Below are positions 59,450 to 64,000 of a stretch of 64,000 nucleotides of DNA, in pieces. Location of the stretch: the NCBI GenBank assembly GCA_043765195.1, contig JAYUJN010000055.1, positions 1,041 through 65,040 on the forward strand. Reading direction: 5' to 3'. How positions within the stretch are numbered: the first letter of the stretch is position 1; every line of letters begins with the position of its first letter. The notes under the pieces were generated by a model. The model was not told where the DNA came from, made no database searches, and saw only the letters and a list, made by a program, of their open reading frames with translations. This DNA is from Bacteroidota bacterium (GTDB lineage Bacteria; Bacteroidota; Bacteroidia; UBA7662; JAYUJN01). The position numbers were made by a program, and so were the translations under genes.

Positions 59450-60301
59450 ATGCACGTTTTTACCACAAACAACGACCTACAAGCGCATTTAGAAATTGAG
59501 AGAAAAAAGGGCAAGTCCGTTGGATTTGTGCCTACCATGGGTGCGCTGCACGCTGGGCATGGCAGCCTGATACAAGCGGCAAAGTCGCAAAAAGATTATG
59601 TGGTGTGCAGTATTTTTGTAAATCCTACGCAGTTTAACAATGCGCTGGACTTGGAAAAATACCCAAGAACGCTTTCGGCGGACATAGAACTGCTGGAAAC
59701 GATGGGTTGCGATGCGCTTTTTTGCCCGAGCCAAACCGAAATGTACCCGCAGGGCAACCAAACGGATTTGATTGAATTTGGTGCGTTGGAAACCGTAATG
59801 GAGGGTGCGCACCGCCCAGGGCATTTTGCAGGTGTGGCTACGATTGTAAAAAAACTGCTCGAGGTAGTGCAGCCCCACAACCTTTATATGGGGCAAAAAG
59901 ACGGGCAGCAGTGCGCCATAGTGGCTGCATTGCTACAAAAAACTGGGCTGGATAGTGCCGTAAAACTGGTGGTTTGCCCCACCATAAGGCAGGCTAATGG
60001 CTTGGCTATGAGCTCTCGAAATACCCGTTTGAACACTCAGGAAGCGCAAGATGCGCTTGCGATTTATAAAAGTTTGGTTTTTGCCCAAAAGCACTACCAA
60101 AATTATACGGTGAGCCAAATGACCGAAATTTTAGAGCTGCATTTTGGGTGCTATGCCAGCCTAAAACTGGAATATGTGTGCTTTGCCGATGCCCAAAGTT
60201 TGCAGCCCGTGCAGGCGTGGGCAGATGCGGCGCAGGTTTCGCTTTTTGTGGCTTGTTTTGTGGGTGCTACGAGGTTGATAGACAATGTTCGGATATTTTA
60301 G
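59450..60301 (+). CDS. panC: Pantoate--beta-alanine ligase
   Basis: PTMGALHAGH, FVNPTQF, RPGHF, GQKD, AMSSRN, RLIDN. Confidence 0.97.
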   Translation: MHVFTTNNDLQAHLEIERKKGKSVGFVPTMGALHAGHGSLIQAAKSQKDYVVCSIFVNPTQFNNALDLEKYPRTLSADIELLETMGCDALFCPSQTEMYPQGNQTDLIEFGALETVMEGAHRPGHFAGVATIVKKLLEVVQPHNLYMGQKDGQQCAIVAALLQKTGLDSAVKLVVCPTIRQANGLAMSSRNTRLNTQEAQDALAIYKSLVFAQKHYQNYTVSQMTEILELHFGCYASLKLEYVCFADAQSLQPVQAWADAAQVSLFVACFVGATRLIDNVRIF

Positions 60302-60334
60302 CTAACTTTGCACCTGCAAAAAAACAAATAGATT

Positions 60335-60685
60335 ATGCTTTTAGAAATTTTCAAATCCAAGATACACAGGGTGAAGGTAACCCAGGCGGAGCTGCATTAT
60401 GTGGGCAGCATTACGGTAGATGAAGACCTGATAGATGCCGCTAATTTGGTGGTGGGCGAAAAGGTGCAGATAGTGAATATAAGCAACGGCGAGCGTTTTG
60501 AGACGTATATTATAAAGGGCGAGCGGAACTCGGGTACGGTGTGCCTCAACGGACCTGCTGCCCGCAAGGTGGCGGTGGGCGATGTGGTAATTATAGTGGC
60601 GTATGCCTACATGACCCCCGAAGAGGCGCAGGTTTTTGAGCCTACCATTGTTTTTCCTGATGCCAACAATAGGCTAATAAGCTGA
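60335..60685 (+). CDS. panD: Aspartate 1-decarboxylase
   Basis: KSKIHR, YVGSIT cleavage site, [14 protein letters not shown]. Confidence 0.97.
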   Translation: MLLEIFKSKIHRVKVTQAELHYVGSITVDEDLIDAANLVVGEKVQIVNISNGERFETYIIKGERNSGTVCLNGPAARKVAVGDVVIIVAYAYMTPEEAQVFEPTIVFPDANNRLIS

Positions 60686-60688
60686 TAA

Positions 60689-61633
60689 TTAAGGTACTAA
60701 GATAACACATTCCACTCGGCTGCCGAGCAGCACGTTTTTGGCATCGTAGAGCTGTACCCTTACTTCTCGCACACGGCGGTCTTCGAGGTTGCTTGGGTTG
60801 TCGCTAAAAAGTGATTTTTTGCGCAGGTATGGGCTGGCTAAAATTACGTAGCCTTTGGCTAAGGTATCGGTTGCGCCTTGCGCCCTGATGTAGGCTTTTT
60901 GCCCAAGTTTTATTTTGGTGGCAAAGAGTTCGTCTATTTCGGTAAATGCCATGGTAGGTCCGTCGGGCGCAAAATCGCCGATGGAGGTTGTATTGTTCAA
61001 AAAACTGCCTATTTTAGCCTCGAGGCTTAGTAATGTACCTGATTTTGGTGCGGTAATGCGCTTTTTTTGCTGCACAGTAGCGGTGTAAACTTCGTCTTTT
61101 TGTAGTTCCACAAGGCGGCTTTGCGCTTGTTTTACGTTGCCTCTTGCGGCTTCGAGCTGGTTTTGTAGCTCTTGGTAGGCATATTTGCTGTCGTCGTATT
61201 GTTGTTTGGTAATGGCTTCGGCGGCAAAAAGGCTTTCGTTGCGGCTTAGGTCGTTTTGCGCCTTGGATAGCCTTACCGCCAGTGCTTCGGCGTTGGCATT
61301 TTGGGTTTTTATGGTGGTTTCTTGGGTAGATAGCTTGCTTTGGCTTTGGGCTATTTGGGCGTTTTCCGAGGCGTTTTCCAGCACAATCAGGGTTTGCCCT
61401 TGGGTTACGTGGTCGCCTACGTTCACCAAAATTTGGCGCACCACGCCTGGGCTTTCGGGCGTAATGGCTACCAAGCGGCTCACTGGCTCTATGTTGGCTA
61501 TGCCCACCACTTGGCTAACCAAGCTGGCGAGGCTGTCGGAACTGGGGGGCGGCGTGGCGGCTTGCTCGGGTTTGGAGCTGCAGCCCGCCAAGGCAATGCT
61601 ACAAATGGCGAGGTAAAAGTAGGTAGGTTTCAT
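60689..61633 (-). CDS. HlyD/DevB-like periplasmic adaptor lipoprotein
   Basis: Lipobox LAGC, lipoyl halves (VNVGDHVTQGQ, ITAPKSG), coiled coil, DRRVREV. Confidence 0.85.
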   Translation of the reverse strand: MKPTYFYLAICSIALAGCSSKPEQAATPPPSSDSLASLVSQVVGIANIEPVSRLVAITPESPGVVRQILVNVGDHVTQGQTLIVLENASENAQIAQSQSKLSTQETTIKTQNANAEALAVRLSKAQNDLSRNESLFAAEAITKQQYDDSKYAYQELQNQLEAARGNVKQAQSRLVELQKDEVYTATVQQKKRITAPKSGTLLSLEAKIGSFLNNTTSIGDFAPDGPTMAFTEIDELFATKIKLGQKAYIRAQGATDTLAKGYVILASPYLRKKSLFSDNPSNLEDRRVREVRVQLYDAKNVLLGSRVECVILVP

Positions 61634-61703
61634 TAGAAATAATTTACAGCAAAGTTACGACTGATTTGGTATTTATTTTTAAAAAAGGCGAAAGGTAATT
61701 GTT

Positions 61704-62208
61704 CGTTTCGGCTGCGCTTGACGACCTGAATAAAAATGTAGAGACAAGGCACTGCCTTGTCTCCCGCCAAAACGTATTTTGGCTTGTGGTGGAAAATGTG
61801 ATGATGGAGACGTTGCAGTGCAACGTCTGTACAAAAAAATGGTAGATACGTTTGCTGGGTAGAGACGCGATTAATCGCGTCTGTACAAATATAGAAATAA
61901 CGGAAAAAATGTAGAGACAGGGCATTGCCTTGTCTCCCGCCAAAACGTATTTGTAATTGTGGTGGAAAATGTGATGATGGAGACGTTGCAGTGCAACGTC
62001 TGTACAAAAAAATGGTAGAGACCTTGCGGCGGGAGACAAGGCAGTGCCTTGTCTCTACATTCGGGTTCATGGTCGTTGAGCGTAGCCGAAACGAGCTGTC
62101 GCCGAGCGTAGCCGAAATAAAAAAATATCCGAACATGATTACGGGATTTTAGGATTTAGAAGATTGAAAAATCCTGTAAATCTTTTAATCCTAAAAATCC
62201 TGTTCTGA
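61704..62208. repeat. Composite GTAG-type REP array with an internal ~115-bp duplication
   Basis: GAGACAAGGCAnTGCCTTGTCTC three times (one variant), GACGTTGCAGTGCAACGTC twice, GACGCGATTAATCGCGTC, flanking GAGCGTAGCCGAAA units and AATCCT repeats; 61732-61846 is repeated at about 61905-62019. Confidence 0.88.
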
Positions 62209-62301
62209 CAATAAATTTACACAATTATAACAAAATGCCAAACCAAATACTAAAACTTTTATTGTGGCGTTTGAAATTCAATAGTTAAAACAACATTTAA
62301 A

Positions 62302-63813
62302 ATGAAAAACTTCTTATTTTGTTTACTCCTTTTCCCAGCCAGCTTATTTGCTCAAAACAAATTTTTGGATAAAATAGCCCAAAGTAAGCCCGATTTGCCC
62401 GAAACCTATTTGGTCGCTGATAGTTTGTCTTATCCCATGTACAGGGAGCGTTATACTTGGCAGCCCAGTACAAACAGTTGGCAGTTAGCCAACAAGTTTT
62501 ATAGCTATAATTTCGATACTTTGTGCCGCATAGCCAATTATATGGTAAGTTTAGATGCGCAAAATGATACATCGGCGCGTTACTATATGGGTTGTGTTAA
62601 ATATGCCGATAGCACGGCTACGTTACAAAATTACCAAGTGTTTAGCAATGGTGCGTTTTATCCAGCTCAAATTACACAAAGAACGAAGTTTAATACTGGA
62701 AAATATCCATTTTTCCCTAACATAGATGTAAAAAAAGCAGATAGCAACGGCGTTTTGAGGCGGTACTGGGAAGAAAAAACACGGTTTAATGCCATGAATT
62801 TTCCGATAGCCCACAACGAAAAGCACTATAATGTGGGTAATTTGGATTATGAAAATGAGGTTAGATTCAGTTACGACAGCCAAAATAGGTTGGATAGCAT
62901 GGTTTCTATTTCCAAAGATTCGCTTGGTACGATAAGATATGCTTTGGTTCAGGTTTTTGGCTACCAAGCTAATGATAGCTGCCCAAAACAGATAATAAAT
63001 TACGATTATGACGTGCCTACGGGTACGTATTACATCAGAAGTGCCCAAATAAACATGGTTTGGCAAAACTGCGTGGCTGGCAACTACGATGGCAGGGTAT
63101 TTGATTTTTATAGCGGTAGGCTGAAGAGTTACAATGAATTTAATGAAAATGGCGACTCGGCTTTGGTCATAAATAATTATACAGATGGGCTGATAGCCGT
63201 GTCCCGAGAGGTGTATCCGATTAAGGGCAATCCTACAATTTATAGGTATAGCACTATAACCCAAAACGGCGAAACGATTAACTTGGTTGAGGAAAAAAAT
63301 GGGGCTGTGTGGACTAATAAAGAGCGGGATAGGGCTAAAATTATGAATATTGCGCCTCGCTATCCGTATGTATATTATTTAAAAGAAACTTGGCTGGGCA
63401 ATGTTTGGTCGGTGCCAGATAGCATAGAAAACAACAGCTATACATATGTAAATACCATTGATTTGCAGCAAGTTATAGATAGAAGAAAGGGTTTTTCGGG
63501 TAATATGGAGTATTTTAGGAAAAACATATACGGCAATTTTATACATCTTTTGCCCGCCCTCGCCACGCACGCACCTTTGGTGGGTAGCACGAGCATTTAC
63601 CCCACGCCCGCCACGCACGAGCTGGTGGTGGAGCGCAGCGCAGGCAGCCCGCCCGCCGTAGCCACGCTCTACGATTTGTGGGGTAGGGTGGTGCTGGCTA
63701 CCACGCTCACGCAGCCCCGCAGCCAGCTTGGTGTGGGCGAGCTACCGAGTGGTTTTTACGTGCTACGCATAGCAGGCGAGGGTCGGAGTTATAAGGTTGT
63801 GGTACAGCATTGA
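62302..63813 (+). CDS. Hypothetical T9SS-secreted protein
   Basis: Signal peptide; Tyr/Asn-rich passenger; CTD IYPTPA...LPSGFYVLRI...KVVVQH. Confidence 0.8.
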   Translation: MKNFLFCLLLFPASLFAQNKFLDKIAQSKPDLPETYLVADSLSYPMYRERYTWQPSTNSWQLANKFYSYNFDTLCRIANYMVSLDAQNDTSARYYMGCVKYADSTATLQNYQVFSNGAFYPAQITQRTKFNTGKYPFFPNIDVKKADSNGVLRRYWEEKTRFNAMNFPIAHNEKHYNVGNLDYENEVRFSYDSQNRLDSMVSISKDSLGTIRYALVQVFGYQANDSCPKQIINYDYDVPTGTYYIRSAQINMVWQNCVAGNYDGRVFDFYSGRLKSYNEFNENGDSALVINNYTDGLIAVSREVYPIKGNPTIYRYSTITQNGETINLVEEKNGAVWTNKERDRAKIMNIAPRYPYVYYLKETWLGNVWSVPDSIENNSYTYVNTIDLQQVIDRRKGFSGNMEYFRKNIYGNFIHLLPALATHAPLVGSTSIYPTPATHELVVERSAGSPPAVATLYDLWGRVVLATTLTQPRSQLGVGELPSGFYVLRIAGEGRSYKVVVQH

Positions 63814-63818
63814 TTTAT

Positions 63819-63950
63819 TGGTCGTTGAGCGTAGCCGAAACGCCTCTTATCCGTACAGGGTTTTCAGGATTAAAAGATGAACAGGATTGTCTATGACAAT
63901 CTTGCAAATCCCAAAATCCCATAACCCAACGGCTAAAGCCGTCGGCTATT
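63819..63950. repeat. Composite REP-like element homologous to 28357-28445
   Basis: GGTCGTTGAGCGTAGCCGAAACGCCTCTTRTCCG start shared with 28357; CAGGATT repeats; ACGGCTAAAGCCGT hairpin. Confidence 0.8.
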
Positions 63951-64000
63951 GAAAAACCATTTGTTGTGTGGTTAATTCATTGCGGTTGTCAATAAAAATC

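Noticed and set aside
61633-62152. ORFs of 75-167 aa over the REP array (also 28316-28655)
   Set aside because: They are translations of palindromic repeats (VETRHCLVS, DVALQRL), not credible proteins.

Overview
Bacteroidota chromosomal window, judged from gene content, T9SS C-terminal domains, a SusC/SusD pair and TAnnTTTG -7 promoter boxes. Most of it is housekeeping: tsaB, yggS, mce, a fused 2-oxoacid dehydrogenase E1, gltA, gatC, prs, uvrA, uvrB, photolyase, menA, an S46 peptidase and panC/panD. It also holds four T9SS-secreted proteins and an invertase/fructokinase/SusCD locus. The ORF track misses a large alpha-2-macroglobulin gene (1-4028, minus strand) with an intact CxEQ thioester motif. 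The most intriguing region is 31.8-36.5 kb: two tandem copies of a ~115-bp promoter with 21-bp-periodic LytTR-type repeats. Each is followed by a short, mostly non-coding unit sharing GTGTGT/ATGCYAT motifs and a homologous terminator, directly upstream of a LytS-type kinase and LytTR regulator (candidate two-component-driven sibling sRNA system). Other oddities are a 100-bp duplication of the mce 5' end bracketing an AraC/TonB-receptor cassette, relic uvrB 3' ends, a VLRF1-type release factor homologue with Glu at the usual catalytic Gln, a T9SS gene with a GC-rich tail, and several composite palindromic repeat arrays. I saw no rRNA, tRNA, CRISPR array, integrase or transposase. All assignments come from reading motifs by eye, not from database searches.
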